Of a DNA stretch of 62,372 nucleotides, positions 47,498 to 56,600 are shown piece by piece. The DNA comes from Thermovirgaceae bacterium (GTDB lineage: Bacteria; Synergistota; Synergistia; Synergistales; Thermovirgaceae). The translations under genes were made by a program, and so were the position numbers. How positions within the stretch are numbered: the stretch's first letter is position 1; every line of letters starts with the position of its first letter. The DNA lies in NCBI GenBank assembly GCA_046542505.1, contig JBKHBH010000003.1, forward strand, positions 1 to 62,372. Reading direction: 5' to 3'. Below the pieces are notes generated by a model. It was not told the origin of the DNA. It searched no databases and worked only from the letters and a program-made list of their open reading frames with translations.

Positions 47498-48186
47498 AGG
47501 TCATTTCCCCTTTCGCTGCGAATTCCTGCCGCCTTTTCGAGAATAACCCTGACGACTTCCGTTATTGACATATCGGACGTATCAATGATCTGCGCGTCGG
47601 AAGGAACCCGAAGGGGTGATTGTCTGCGATTGGTATCCACCCTGTCACGCTTTTGTACCTGTTCCTGCACCTCATCAACGGAAGTCCTGACGCCCGCAGC
47701 GGCCAGATCTTTCCAGCGACGCAGCGCCCGCGTCGCAAGACTCGCAACAAGATAGATTTTCAGGTTCGCATCAGGGAAAACGGTGGTTCCCATATCCCGC
47801 CCGTCAACGACCATATTGCACATTTCGGCATGTTCGTGCTGAATCTTTAAAAGCCTGTTTCTGACTGCAGGCAGCATCGCATAGGCGGAAACATTACTTT
47901 CCACTAGCACGGAGCGTATTTGCGACGAGACCTCCTCATCGTTTACATAGACCTTGTCCGAATCGATTCTCACCGACATTTCGCGTAGTGCCGCGTGAAG
48001 ATCGGGCGAATCAGCCGGCGGTATGTGCGCTTTGAGCAAGTAAAGGGTGACAGCCCGATACAATGCACCTGTGTCTAGATACTCAAACCCCAGTTTTTCG
48101 GCCACACGTCGGGCTACAGTGCTTTTGCCCGCCCCTGCAGGACCGTCGATGGTGATGGTAAAGAATTTCGATTTTTTTGAAATCAT
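47494..48186 (-). CDS. cmk: Cytidylate kinase
   Basis: IDGPAGAGKST, YLDTGALYR, DGRDMGTTVFP, RD--D--R--SPL. Confidence 0.96.
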   Translation of the reverse strand: MISKKSKFFTITIDGPAGAGKSTVARRVAEKLGFEYLDTGALYRAVTLYLLKAHIPPADSPDLHAALREMSVRIDSDKVYVNDEEVSSQIRSVLVESNVSAYAMLPAVRNRLLKIQHEHAEMCNMVVDGRDMGTTVFPDANLKIYLVASLATRALRRWKDLAAAGVRTSVDEVQEQVQKRDRVDTNRRQSPLRVPSDAQIIDTSDMSITEVVRVILEKAAGIRSERGNDL

Positions 48187-48198
48187 CAGTTCGCCTCT

Positions 48199-48957
48199 CT
48201 AGATAGTTCCGCCTTGCTCGATCATGCGGAAAAGTTCCTCTTTCGCTACCTGTCGCCATTCGCCTGGTTTAAGCTTTTCAAGACGCATTTTACCAATGCC
48301 TGTGCGAATCAATTGCCTGATTTCAAGCCCCGCGTTTTTCGAAATCCGCCGGATCTCCCTTTTGATCCCCTCTTTCAGGACAAAACGAACCCAGCATTTT
48401 TGCGGTTCCCTGGAAATCAACGTGACGTGCAATGGTCTTACTCGCCTTCCTTCCAGCGAAGCTCCCTTTCTCAAGTCCTCCAGTTGTTCCTTTTTTACCG
48501 GAGCCGCCATACGGACATCGTATGACTTTTCCATGCCCTCACTCGGGTGTGTCAGCCGGAAGGCTGTTTTCCCGTCATTGGAAAGAACAAGAAGGCCCTC
48601 GGACATCTTGTCGAGTCGGCCGACGGGAAACAGTCCTTGTCCGGCGTACTCTGCCGGCAGGATGTCAAATACTGTTTCGTTATGAGGGTCCTTTACAGAA
48701 CAGACGATCCCCCGGGGTTTATTCAAAAGAACATAAAGGGCCTCTTTTGGTCTTGCGGGGACGCCGTCAACTTCAACAAGATCATTTTCGTGAACACGCA
48801 GGCCAGGGCTTTCCGTCTTTAACCCGTTCAGAAAAACCCTCCCGCTTTCTATCAGCTGCTCCACCTTGCGCCTGGAACCAAGCCCGCAGGCGGCGAGGTA
48901 CCTGTTCAGGCGGATTCCTGTTTTGTCGGTATGACTGCTACTCTTTTTCCTCATCAT
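48199..48957 (-). CDS. rluB: rRNA pseudouridine synthase (RluB/RsuA family)
   Basis: S4 domain RLNRYLA--G--SRR, NKPRG, PVGRLD--SEGLL. Follows scpAB. Confidence 0.85.
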   Translation of the reverse strand: MMRKKSSSHTDKTGIRLNRYLAACGLGSRRKVEQLIESGRVFLNGLKTESPGLRVHENDLVEVDGVPARPKEALYVLLNKPRGIVCSVKDPHNETVFDILPAEYAGQGLFPVGRLDKMSEGLLVLSNDGKTAFRLTHPSEGMEKSYDVRMAAPVKKEQLEDLRKGASLEGRRVRPLHVTLISREPQKCWVRFVLKEGIKREIRRISKNAGLEIRQLIRTGIGKMRLEKLKPGEWRQVAKEELFRMIEQGGTI

Positions 48958-49504
48958 CAATGCCTCTTGTTTCCATTTCGGTCGCCATGTCGCTGATTTC
49001 TGAAAGGGTCGGCAAATCCGAGATCGCATTCAGGCCGAAACGTTCGAGAAACGTATCGGTGGTGCGGTACAGAAGCGGTGTGCCTGTTCCCGGTTTTCGA
49101 CCGGCGACCCTGACAAGTCCATGGGAAAGGAGAGTTTCAAGAACCCTATCGCACCTTACACCGCGAATTTCTTCTATTTCAGCCCGGGTTACAGGCTGGG
49201 CATAGGCGACAACGGCCAGTGTCTCAAGGGCCGCCTTGCTGAGACGCAAACGCTGCCTCTGGTATGTGTCTCTGAAGGTGGAGAGAACATCTGCCAATTT
49301 GTCAGATGTTACGATCCTCCATCCTCCGGAGACGTGAATTACACTGAGTCCATGATGATCGTTATAATGAGCTTCCAGTTCTCTTAACGCCGATGAGATC
49401 TCACACGTTCCCTGGCAAAGAACCGACGCCAGTTCCTTTTCGGAAACAGGTCCTGTCGTCACGAAAAGAAGCGCTTCAATAAATTGTGCCGTTACTGATA
49501 GCAT
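48938..49504 (-). CDS. scpB: SMC-Scp complex subunit ScpB
   Basis: IEALLF, LSKAALETLAVVAYAQPVTRAEIEEIRGV, FL--FGL--I-DLP. Confidence 0.95.
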   Translation of the reverse strand: MLSVTAQFIEALLFVTTGPVSEKELASVLCQGTCEISSALRELEAHYNDHHGLSVIHVSGGWRIVTSDKLADVLSTFRDTYQRQRLRLSKAALETLAVVAYAQPVTRAEIEEIRGVRCDRVLETLLSHGLVRVAGRKPGTGTPLLYRTTDTFLERFGLNAISDLPTLSEISDMATEMETRGIDDEEKE

Positions 49505-50252
49505 GTTTTAAACTCCTGACCCGAAGCTGGCCGAAACCTTTTTCCTGTCGAAGGTCTACGTACCCGAGGCGGCACATTTCGAGAAGTGCGAGAATCGTCA
49601 CAACCAGAATTGTTCGTCCGGTGCCTCTTTGAACAAGTTCACCCAAGGGAATTTCGTCTTCGTTCTGCAATTGCTGCTGTATTTCCCTGATTCGTTTTTC
49701 GACCTGCTCTTCCTCCGGAACCGGATCAAGGAACCCTTCACTATACGCTCCCTGAGACCCGGCCGATGTATTCCTCTCTCCGGAGTAGATCGCATAAAGT
49801 TTCCACCATTGCCTGCACAAAAAGTACAGGTCTCCCAATTCATAAGTAAGGGGTTCTTCTTCGACGGGCCTGGTGAAATGGCGTTCCCGGAGTTTTTGCA
49901 GGTGTTTCAGCAAATTGCCGGCGGCGCGATATGGGCGATAGCGTTCCAGCGTCTCGAGCAACGCCTCCTCATCAGTTGTCGGTGTTTCGCTTTCTTCCTT
50001 TTCTAGGTTCCTGCCGCCCGGCAGGAGACCCCTGATCTTTCCAAGCAAAACTCGCGAACAGAGGCTTAAAAATTCCGCTGCTTCGTAAATTGAAATCCTT
50101 CCCGTTCTGGTAAGAAAGACGGAATACGTGGCGATGATATCGCTTACCTGGATCGTCGATGCCTCGATTTCCCGGCTTTCAAGAAGGTGGCAAAGGACAT
50201 CCAGTGGTCCCGAAAAACCTTCGATTTCAATCTCGAATTTCCACTCGGCCAC
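49476..50252 (-). CDS. scpA: Segregation and condensation protein A
   Basis: FSGPLDVL-HL, AAEFL, VVTILALLEM--G---Q---FG. Confidence 0.92.
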   Translation of the reverse strand: MAEWKFEIEIEGFSGPLDVLCHLLESREIEASTIQVSDIIATYSVFLTRTGRISIYEAAEFLSLCSRVLLGKIRGLLPGGRNLEKEESETPTTDEEALLETLERYRPYRAAGNLLKHLQKLRERHFTRPVEEEPLTYELGDLYFLCRQWWKLYAIYSGERNTSAGSQGAYSEGFLDPVPEEEQVEKRIREIQQQLQNEDEIPLGELVQRGTGRTILVVTILALLEMCRLGYVDLRQEKGFGQLRVRSLKHAISNGTIY

Positions 50253-50281
50253 GCGGACATCTCCTTTTCCCGCCCGTTGCC

Positions 50282-51274
50282 TTACCTGTTTACGAAACCG
50301 ATGGCCCGAAGGACTTCCTCCATGGTGGTCGATGCAACACCGCGTGCGTTTTTCGCGCCTTCTCGCAGGACGTCATCGAGTTCATCCGCATGAGATGCAT
50401 AATAACTCCGCCTTTTCTGCACTGGCTCCAGTTTTTTCATCAAATGGGCGTAAAGCTTTTTTTTGCACTCGATGCAACCTATGCCGGCAGTTCTGCATCC
50501 ATCGGCGATCTCTTCCTTTTCCGCAATGTCATCGTTGAAAACTTTATGAAGGTCCCAAACCGGACATTTTTCGGGGTCGCCGGGGTCTTTCCGCCTTTCA
50601 CGTGCAGGGTCGGTCATCATCGTCCTGATTTTCTCCCAGATTTCGTCCGGGTTGTCGGCGATGTTGATCGCGTTTCCATAAGATTTGCTCATTTTCCTCC
50701 CGTCCGTCCCTGGAACCTTCGGGGTTGCCGTAAGAAGCGTTTGGGGTTCGGGAAAAACCGGACCGAAAAAATTGTTGAAGCGGCGTGCTATTTCCCTGGT
50801 CAGTTCGAGATGGGCCGACTGGTCTTCGCCGACGGGCACATACTCCGCCTTGTAAACCAGAATATCTGCAGCCATGAGGACCGGATAACCCAAAAAGGCA
50901 TAGGTGCTGAGATCCTTGTTCTGGATGTTGACGATCTGTTCCTTGTAGGTGGGGCACCTTTCAAGCCATCCCAAGGGCGTGATCATAGAAAAAGCAAGGT
51001 GGAGCTCCACGTGTTCCGGGACGTGGGATTGAACGAAAATCGTCGATTTTTCGGGATCGAGACCGGCTCCAAGCCAGTCCAAAAGGACTTCCATGCAATT
51101 CTGGCGGATGCTGCTGCTGTCGGCATAATCCGACATAAGGGCGTGCCAGTCCACGATACCGTAGTAGCTGTCGTATTCGTACTGGAGTTTCACCCAGTTT
51201 GAAAGGGCCCCGGCCAGATGTCCCAGATGCAGTTTTCCCGTAGGCCGCATTCCGCTGAAAACTCGTTTTGCCAT
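50282..51274 (-). CDS. trpS: Tryptophan--tRNA ligase
   Basis: SGMRPTGKLHLGH, YPVLMAADIL, VPVGEDQ, KMSKS. Confidence 0.97.
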   Translation of the reverse strand: MAKRVFSGMRPTGKLHLGHLAGALSNWVKLQYEYDSYYGIVDWHALMSDYADSSSIRQNCMEVLLDWLGAGLDPEKSTIFVQSHVPEHVELHLAFSMITPLGWLERCPTYKEQIVNIQNKDLSTYAFLGYPVLMAADILVYKAEYVPVGEDQSAHLELTREIARRFNNFFGPVFPEPQTLLTATPKVPGTDGRKMSKSYGNAINIADNPDEIWEKIRTMMTDPARERRKDPGDPEKCPVWDLHKVFNDDIAEKEEIADGCRTAGIGCIECKKKLYAHLMKKLEPVQKRRSYYASHADELDDVLREGAKNARGVASTTMEEVLRAIGFVNR

Positions 51275-51358
51275 GTCGTTTCACCTCGTTTTTCACATCG
51301 TCATTACTTTTGTCGGGATAGCCATGCATGTGTTCTCATCCTGTCAGGTATTCTGCCA

Positions 51359-52150
51359 TTATACAAATGTCTTTCCTGAATCGAAACATCCCTGCTGCAG
51401 TTCAACGACCTCTATGTCGACTCGTCTTTGTATTTCCTTTTTCAGGAAAGGGATTGAAAGCCGCTCCACTTCGCCGTGGTCTGCAAGAGCGACGGAAAGC
51501 CCGCCATCGACGGCCTCCTGCACTTCGTGATATTTCATGTCCGACGTCAGAAACAGCTCCGCTCCGGCTGTCAGGGCGGATTCCCGGTAACCGCCTCCAG
51601 ATCCGCCGCACAATGCAATTTTCCGGACGCGTTCTTTTTTTCCGAAAACCCTGATCCACTGGAGGGAAAGCGATTCTTTTGCGAAGAGCGCGAATTCTTC
51701 AGTGGAAAAGGGTGAAGGTAGCATGCCGGTTGCGCCTTGCCACAGCCGTGGGGCGCCATCGAAGGATTCCTTTAGGGGGGCTTTGTTTTCCAGTTCCAAC
51801 ATTTCTGCAAGAATCATGTTGACCCCACAGGGAGAAACATCCCAGTTGGTATGAGCTGCTATTACGCTGATCCCGCCTGAGAGGATCCACTTCAGTCTTC
51901 TTCCGAAGGCGGTACTCGTATAAATCTTCTGAACGGGGGAAAACAAAAAAGGATGATGTGAGACAATACAATCACAATGTTTCTTTTGGGCTTCAGCAAG
52001 TGATTCGTCCGTCACATCAAGTGTGATTCCCACTTTGCCAACCTTTTCTTCCGGTGCGCCCACTAGAAGCCCGGAATTATCCCACTCCATCGCAGTTTCG
52101 AAAGGTGCAAAATCATTAATCGCATCGCAAACGGCCTGAATGGTTTCCAT
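51359..52150 (-). CDS. Nif3-like dinuclear metal center protein
   Basis: WDNSGL-VG, SHHP, HTNWD, CGGSG, SD-KYH, DHG--E. Confidence 0.92.
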   Translation of the reverse strand: METIQAVCDAINDFAPFETAMEWDNSGLLVGAPEEKVGKVGITLDVTDESLAEAQKKHCDCIVSHHPFLFSPVQKIYTSTAFGRRLKWILSGGISVIAAHTNWDVSPCGVNMILAEMLELENKAPLKESFDGAPRLWQGATGMLPSPFSTEEFALFAKESLSLQWIRVFGKKERVRKIALCGGSGGGYRESALTAGAELFLTSDMKYHEVQEAVDGGLSVALADHGEVERLSIPFLKKEIQRRVDIEVVELQQGCFDSGKTFV

Positions 52151-52170
52151 CGTTCACTGCCTCCCCTTTC

Positions 52171-52200
52171 AAAAAATAAAGCCACCTCGGGGGTGGCTTT
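52171..52200 (-). terminator. Intrinsic terminator after tRNA-Ile2
   Basis: AAAGCCACC-cccga-GGTGGCTTT followed by ATTTTTT on the minus strand. Confidence 0.75.
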
Positions 52201-52211
52201 ACCTGCTGCGT

Positions 52212-52288
52212 TGGTGGGCCCACCTGGACTCGAACCAGGAACCTTCCGGTTATGAGCCGGTGGCTCTGACCAATTGAGCTATGGGCCC
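52212..52288 (-). tRNA. tRNA-Ile2 (CAU anticodon, lysidine-modified type)
   Basis: GGGCCCA/TGGGCCC-A-CCA acceptor, anticodon arm ACCGG-CT-CAT-AA-CCGGA. Lacks initiator features (no GGG/CCC anticodon stem, paired 1-72). Ile2 versus elongator Met is inferred from the stems. Confidence 0.85.
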
Positions 52289-52326
52289 GTGCCTGCTTTA
52301 TACGTTTCGGTGCGTAGCCCTGAAGG

Positions 52327-52509
52327 TTATTCTCCGACGGTAATGCATCCTACGGGACAACTGTCAGCAGCTTCCTCGGCGCATTCCGCCCCTTCAGACC
52401 TGATGACTTTAGCCTTGCCAGCGTCTTCGTCAAGTTCAAAGACTTCGGGGCATATCTGTGCACACACGCCACATCCGATGCACTCGTCACGATCAATTTT
52501 TACAACCAT
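52327..52509 (-). CDS. Monocluster [4Fe-4S] ferredoxin
   Basis: CIGCGVCAQICPEVF...CPVGCI, 60 aa. SD GGAGG. Confidence 0.93.
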   Translation of the reverse strand: MVVKIDRDECIGCGVCAQICPEVFELDEDAGKAKVIRSEGAECAEEAADSCPVGCITVGE

Positions 52510-52579
52510 GGAGACGGTCACCTCCTCCCAAAGGGAGATTCTAACCCAGGGTACCTGCAACGTCAAACGTCTTCGACGA

Positions 52580-53377
52580 TTAGCCTTCGATGGCTATGTT
52601 CAAGGTCCCGGACTCGTCGCGGTCAAGCCTGAGCAAGGCCTTGTAGGAATCGACAGCCTTGGATTCCGGCTGAGATGCGGCAATGAAAACACCAACGCCC
52701 ACAGGTTGCGCTCCGAACTCATTCGCAACTGAAAGCATTCCTGCAGCTGTGCTTCCCCCACGCATGAAATCGTCGATGACCAACACTCGCTTTCCCTCAG
52801 AGAGATGTCTTGTACCCATGTACATGGTTCGAATATCACCGTTGGCGGCCTGATAATGGACGGCGACGGCGGGCCCGTCACTGGGGCGGTTTCTGAAACG
52901 GCAGACGGCGAGAGGTAAACCAAGCGCATGGGCGGTGAACATTGCAAGAGGAATGCCTTTCATCTCCGAGGTCATGACGATGTCGGCCTCAAGTTCGAAA
53001 AAATCCGAGGCCAGCATGAAACCCAGACGCCTGACATACGTGGGGTCGAAAAGAATATCGCTATAATACACGAGCATGCCCGGAAGAAGCCGCCCCTGCT
53101 CATTGAGCTTTTCCACTATTTCTTCGAGCCACAATTTTCTCAGATCATCTGAAAGCAAAGGCCTGAATGAAGCTCCGCCGCTCCTGCCTCGTTCAACTTC
53201 GAGACGTCCGATTGACTCATCTGCCAGGGCCTTGTCGATGATGCCAACGTCATCGCTGACGACGGTCTTTGAAACCCCGAATCGCTCCGCGACTTCTGTC
53301 AGGGAATGTTGTGAAGACGGATCGAGAAGGAATCTAGAAACCATGCGGATGAGCCGTTCGGTGCGAGTGTTTTTCAT
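52580..53377 (-). CDS. purR: Pur operon repressor PurR (Bacillus-type, PRPP-sensing)
   Basis: R-ERL, F-VSK--VS-D, RLLPG--YYSDIL, KGIP-A, PRT motif VIDDFMRGG. ispE-purR synteny. Confidence 0.9.
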   Translation of the reverse strand: MKNTRTERLIRMVSRFLLDPSSQHSLTEVAERFGVSKTVVSDDVGIIDKALADESIGRLEVERGRSGGASFRPLLSDDLRKLWLEEIVEKLNEQGRLLPGMLVYYSDILFDPTYVRRLGFMLASDFFELEADIVMTSEMKGIPLAMFTAHALGLPLAVCRFRNRPSDGPAVAVHYQAANGDIRTMYMGTRHLSEGKRVLVIDDFMRGGSTAAGMLSVANEFGAQPVGVGVFIAASQPESKAVDSYKALLRLDRDESGTLNIAIEG

Positions 53378-53382
53378 TATTT

Positions 53383-54255
53383 TCACTCCATTATGAAAAT
53401 TTTCCTGATGCCCCGGGATTGACCGAGGATCCGCCCTGCCTTTGCAGCGTAGTGCCTTTCGTCGAAAAAGGCAAAACAGCCGCTTCCGCTTCCTGTGATC
53501 CCCCAACAGCGAGCCCCGCAACTTCTGAACAGGCCGAAAACTCTTTCATACTCCGAATGCCTGGAAATCAACACGTCTGTGAAATCGTTCGGCAAAAGTC
53601 CTACGGTTTCGCCATTTTGCAGGGACTGTATCGTTCTTCTTGCTTCTGCTGACGCTTCTTCTTCCGTAAAAACCATTGCTGCGGATTTTCTTTTTTGGTC
53701 CAAAGCGGCATATGCTCCTGCGGTATCGCTTGCAAAGTCCGGAATCATCACAAGTATGGAAAAGGAACGCCTCAACGGGATGTTTTTTTCAAGGACAATT
53801 TCACCGACGCCACCCCGTAGGGAAATGAGTTCGTGGCCTCGAAGAAAGGGCACATCGGAACCAAGCTTTGCCAGTTCGTCGATGGAAATCTGCATGCCCC
53901 ATGTTTCTTCCAGCCATCCCGCGAGGGCCGATGCGTTCCCGCTTCCTGCGGCTGTTCCCGCTCCGGGGGGAAAGGTCTTCCACAACTCCATGGCAAGAGA
54001 AGGAATACTGACTCCCTTGGTCCTGGCCATGGCGAGTACGTCAAACAGAATATTTCTTCCACCTATCTTTTCGCCGTGCACTTGAAGATGGTCATTACCA
54101 GAACTATCCTCAAAAACAGGTGTGATTGTCAATGTTTCGTGGACGGGAAGCCTGAAAAAGGTCGAAACGATATTGTGGAATCCGTCTTTCCGGCGATGGA
54201 GAACCCGGAGGGTCAGATTGAGTTTCGCGGGGGTTTGCAAAACGAATTGTGACAT
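53383..54255 (-). CDS. ispE: 4-diphosphocytidyl-2-C-methyl-D-erythritol kinase (divergent)
   Basis: PAKLNLTL-V---RKDGFH, GAG--GSGNA, LGSDVPF, NDF, TGSGS. Confidence 0.88.
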   Translation of the reverse strand: MSQFVLQTPAKLNLTLRVLHRRKDGFHNIVSTFFRLPVHETLTITPVFEDSSGNDHLQVHGEKIGGRNILFDVLAMARTKGVSIPSLAMELWKTFPPGAGTAAGSGNASALAGWLEETWGMQISIDELAKLGSDVPFLRGHELISLRGGVGEIVLEKNIPLRRSFSILVMIPDFASDTAGAYAALDQKRKSAAMVFTEEEASAEARRTIQSLQNGETVGLLPNDFTDVLISRHSEYERVFGLFRSCGARCWGITGSGSGCFAFFDERHYAAKAGRILGQSRGIRKIFIME

Positions 54256-54275
54256 GAAATACCTCCAAACAAGAG

Positions 54276-54301
54276 AAAACCCCGGCGTTTTCACGCCGGG
54301 G
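54276..54301 (-). terminator. Terminator between veg and ispE
   Basis: CCCCGGCGT-GAAA-ACGCCGGGG-TTTT. Confidence 0.75.
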
Positions 54302-54322
54302 CGCCGCGTCTGGGTGAATTCT

Positions 54323-54574
54323 CTAAAGCTGGAGAAGCTTTTTGTTGTCAGGAAGGATTTCGACTTCAACTTCTCTTGTGAGGAGCTCAGCATAACTGAA
54401 CGACACCGTGCTTTGCTGGGACTCCACGTACATAGTAAAGAGATTTGGATATGTTTCGACGATGACACCCATGCGCTCCTCTGTTTTTCTTCGTCCCTTG
54501 GAAGCCCTGTAGCGGACTTTCGAACCTTTGTACAATTCCACCCGGTCGCGGATCGTAGCGAGGTTCGGACTCAT
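54323..54574 (-). CDS. veg: Veg family protein
   Basis: GRRK--ER-GV--ETYPNLF...SFSYAELLT--V. veg-ispE-purR synteny. Confidence 0.9.
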   Translation of the reverse strand: MSPNLATIRDRVELYKGSKVRYRASKGRRKTEERMGVIVETYPNLFTMYVESQQSTVSFSYAELLTREVEVEILPDNKKLLQL

Positions 54575-54604
54575 AAACGTCACTCCTGTGTGTTTGATGA
54601 ACGT

Positions 54605-54633
54605 ATTTTATCACACAGCCCCTTACATTTCAA
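54605..54633 (-). promoter_or_regulatory. Strong sigma-70-type veg promoter
   Basis: TTGAAA-N17-TAAAAT with extended -10 TG and an AT-rich upstream region. Confidence 0.78.
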
Positions 54634-54661
54634 GCGCAAATCGAAAATAATTAACCCTTGC

Positions 54662-56581
54662 TCAATCTATTGACAGTTTCCTCAATATTCTTTTTTCCTG
54701 CACTCTCCTTGTGATGCCCATAGAATCAAGCAGTTCAAGGATCGGCAGTATGAATTTCCGGCTTGAGCCGGTTGCGTCACGAACGGCGCCAATCGTTATA
54801 TCTCCGTCGATTGTTGACAGCGTTTTTACAACTTCGCTGAGTGAATGTCGATCGATTACGTACCCGCCCTGAAGTGTAAAGAGCTTTTTCTGGACTTTCA
54901 ACATGTCCAATGCTTCTTTCAAATGTTTTTCTTTCATCTCTAGGGAGTTACGGAGTTCTTCAACATCGGCCATATTCACACCCTTTCCCCTGCAATAGGA
55001 CAGGATCGCGTTGGCCCTTTCGTTGAGGGTGCCTTCCTTTTCCGGTACGAAACCTGGAAGATGAAGACGCTGCGACGTTTCCTCAAGGTACCCGTCGGCA
55101 ATGAACTTGTCGATAAGTTTTTTGGCCGCACGGGGATGAAAATCTCGAAGCAACCGCCTGGAAAAGTCCTCTACGGACATTCCCGGGTTTTCGGGTTGCT
55201 TATCATGAAGGTCACCCAGGATTTTTCTTGCCGAGGCGGCGGTTTCCGCATAGCAGGATCTGATCATGACGTCAAGGTCTGGAGCGTTGATCAGGACAAT
55301 CTCTCCTTTTTGCTCCATCTTCTGGAGTCTTTTTGACAAGATTGTCCCTTCTTCCTGTATCTTTGTCGCCAAATCGGCAATTGTTCCGAATTTCTGCCGA
55401 AGGAGAAACAGGTGGAGCCTTTCATCGATAGTACGTGTTTTAGAAAGATCTTCGAGAAATATTCGGTATGACTCCCGGGCTTTTTTCCCTTTGGGCCGTC
55501 TTCCTTCAGGAGACAGGATTCTTCCTCCACCTATGGTCCGCAGTGGGCTGTAAAACCTCAAAATAAATGCCTGATCAATTGATGCGGCGAGAGGTTCTTC
55601 CGGTAAAAGCTGCGCAAATCCTTCACCACCTGGTTCTATGGCTTTTTGATCCAGGAGAAAGACTCTGGCAAGAACGTCCGATGTACCCGTATGAAGCCGG
55701 ACCCTTTGCCAGTGTTTCAAAGGTTCCTTCGTCGATGGAAGGAGCTTCAGAGTGATATCAAGACATTGTGTCGGACGATAGATACCTTCCGCGCACAGGT
55801 TGTCTCCCCTGGAGAGATCTTCCATGGCGATATCTGCAAGACTGAGGGCAGTTCTCTGGCCTGCCGTCGCTTCGTTTACAGGCTTGTCATGTATCTGAAT
55901 TGAACGTGCGTAGGTTCTTTTGCCCAAAGGCATGATTTCCAGGGCGTCGTTTACCTGCACTTTCCCCCGGTATGCCGTTCCGGTTACAACTGTTCCGAAC
56001 CCCTTGACCTGGAATGCCCTGTCTATGGGCATAAAAAAGGCTCCTTCAGGGTTTTTCTTCCGAAGCGTCCCGACCATTTCTCCGATGAGCTCACGAAGCC
56101 TTTCAAGTCCGGTGCCACGAAGTGCGGAAACTGTTGCAAGCGGCATTTTCTCAAGGAAAGTTCCCCTAACTTCGTCCTTTATTTCCTCCACGGCCAGCTC
56201 AAGCAACTCGCCATCCACCGCATCGGCTTTTGTTACGACGATGACGCCTTTTTCGACGCCGAGCAACCCGAGGATTTCCAGATGTTCCCGTGTCTGTGCC
56301 TTCACGCCTTCATCGGCAGCCACGGTGAAGATCACACCGTCAATGCCTGCAACACCAGCCACCATCTGCCTGATGAAGCGTTCATGGCCCGGCACATCGA
56401 CAACACTGACAACCCGACCTCCAGGCAGTTCCATGGGGGCAAACCCGAGTTCGATGGTAATACCCCTTTTCTTTTCGTCGCGCAACCTGTCGCAATCTAC
56501 ACCTGTCAATGCCCTTATCAGTGTCGTTTTCCCGTGGTCTATATGCCCGGCGGTCCCGAGAACAACGGGGTATTCAGACAT
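54662..56581 (-). CDS. selB: Selenocysteine-specific elongation factor
   Basis: GTAGHIDHGKT, RGITIELGF, DVPGHERF, IDRAF--KGFGTVVTGT, C-terminal winged helix SRK--P-LE--D. Confidence 0.96.
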   Translation of the reverse strand: MSEYPVVLGTAGHIDHGKTTLIRALTGVDCDRLRDEKKRGITIELGFAPMELPGGRVVSVVDVPGHERFIRQMVAGVAGIDGVIFTVAADEGVKAQTREHLEILGLLGVEKGVIVVTKADAVDGELLELAVEEIKDEVRGTFLEKMPLATVSALRGTGLERLRELIGEMVGTLRKKNPEGAFFMPIDRAFQVKGFGTVVTGTAYRGKVQVNDALEIMPLGKRTYARSIQIHDKPVNEATAGQRTALSLADIAMEDLSRGDNLCAEGIYRPTQCLDITLKLLPSTKEPLKHWQRVRLHTGTSDVLARVFLLDQKAIEPGGEGFAQLLPEEPLAASIDQAFILRFYSPLRTIGGGRILSPEGRRPKGKKARESYRIFLEDLSKTRTIDERLHLFLLRQKFGTIADLATKIQEEGTILSKRLQKMEQKGEIVLINAPDLDVMIRSCYAETAASARKILGDLHDKQPENPGMSVEDFSRRLLRDFHPRAAKKLIDKFIADGYLEETSQRLHLPGFVPEKEGTLNERANAILSYCRGKGVNMADVEELRNSLEMKEKHLKEALDMLKVQKKLFTLQGGYVIDRHSLSEVVKTLSTIDGDITIGAVRDATGSSRKFILPILELLDSMGITRRVQEKRILRKLSID

Positions 56582-56600
56582 TGCGTCTTTCCTCCCGGTT

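Noticed and set aside
51275..51358. Possible T-box leader upstream of trpS
   Set aside because: The gap is only about 85 nt and has no T-box consensus or terminator.
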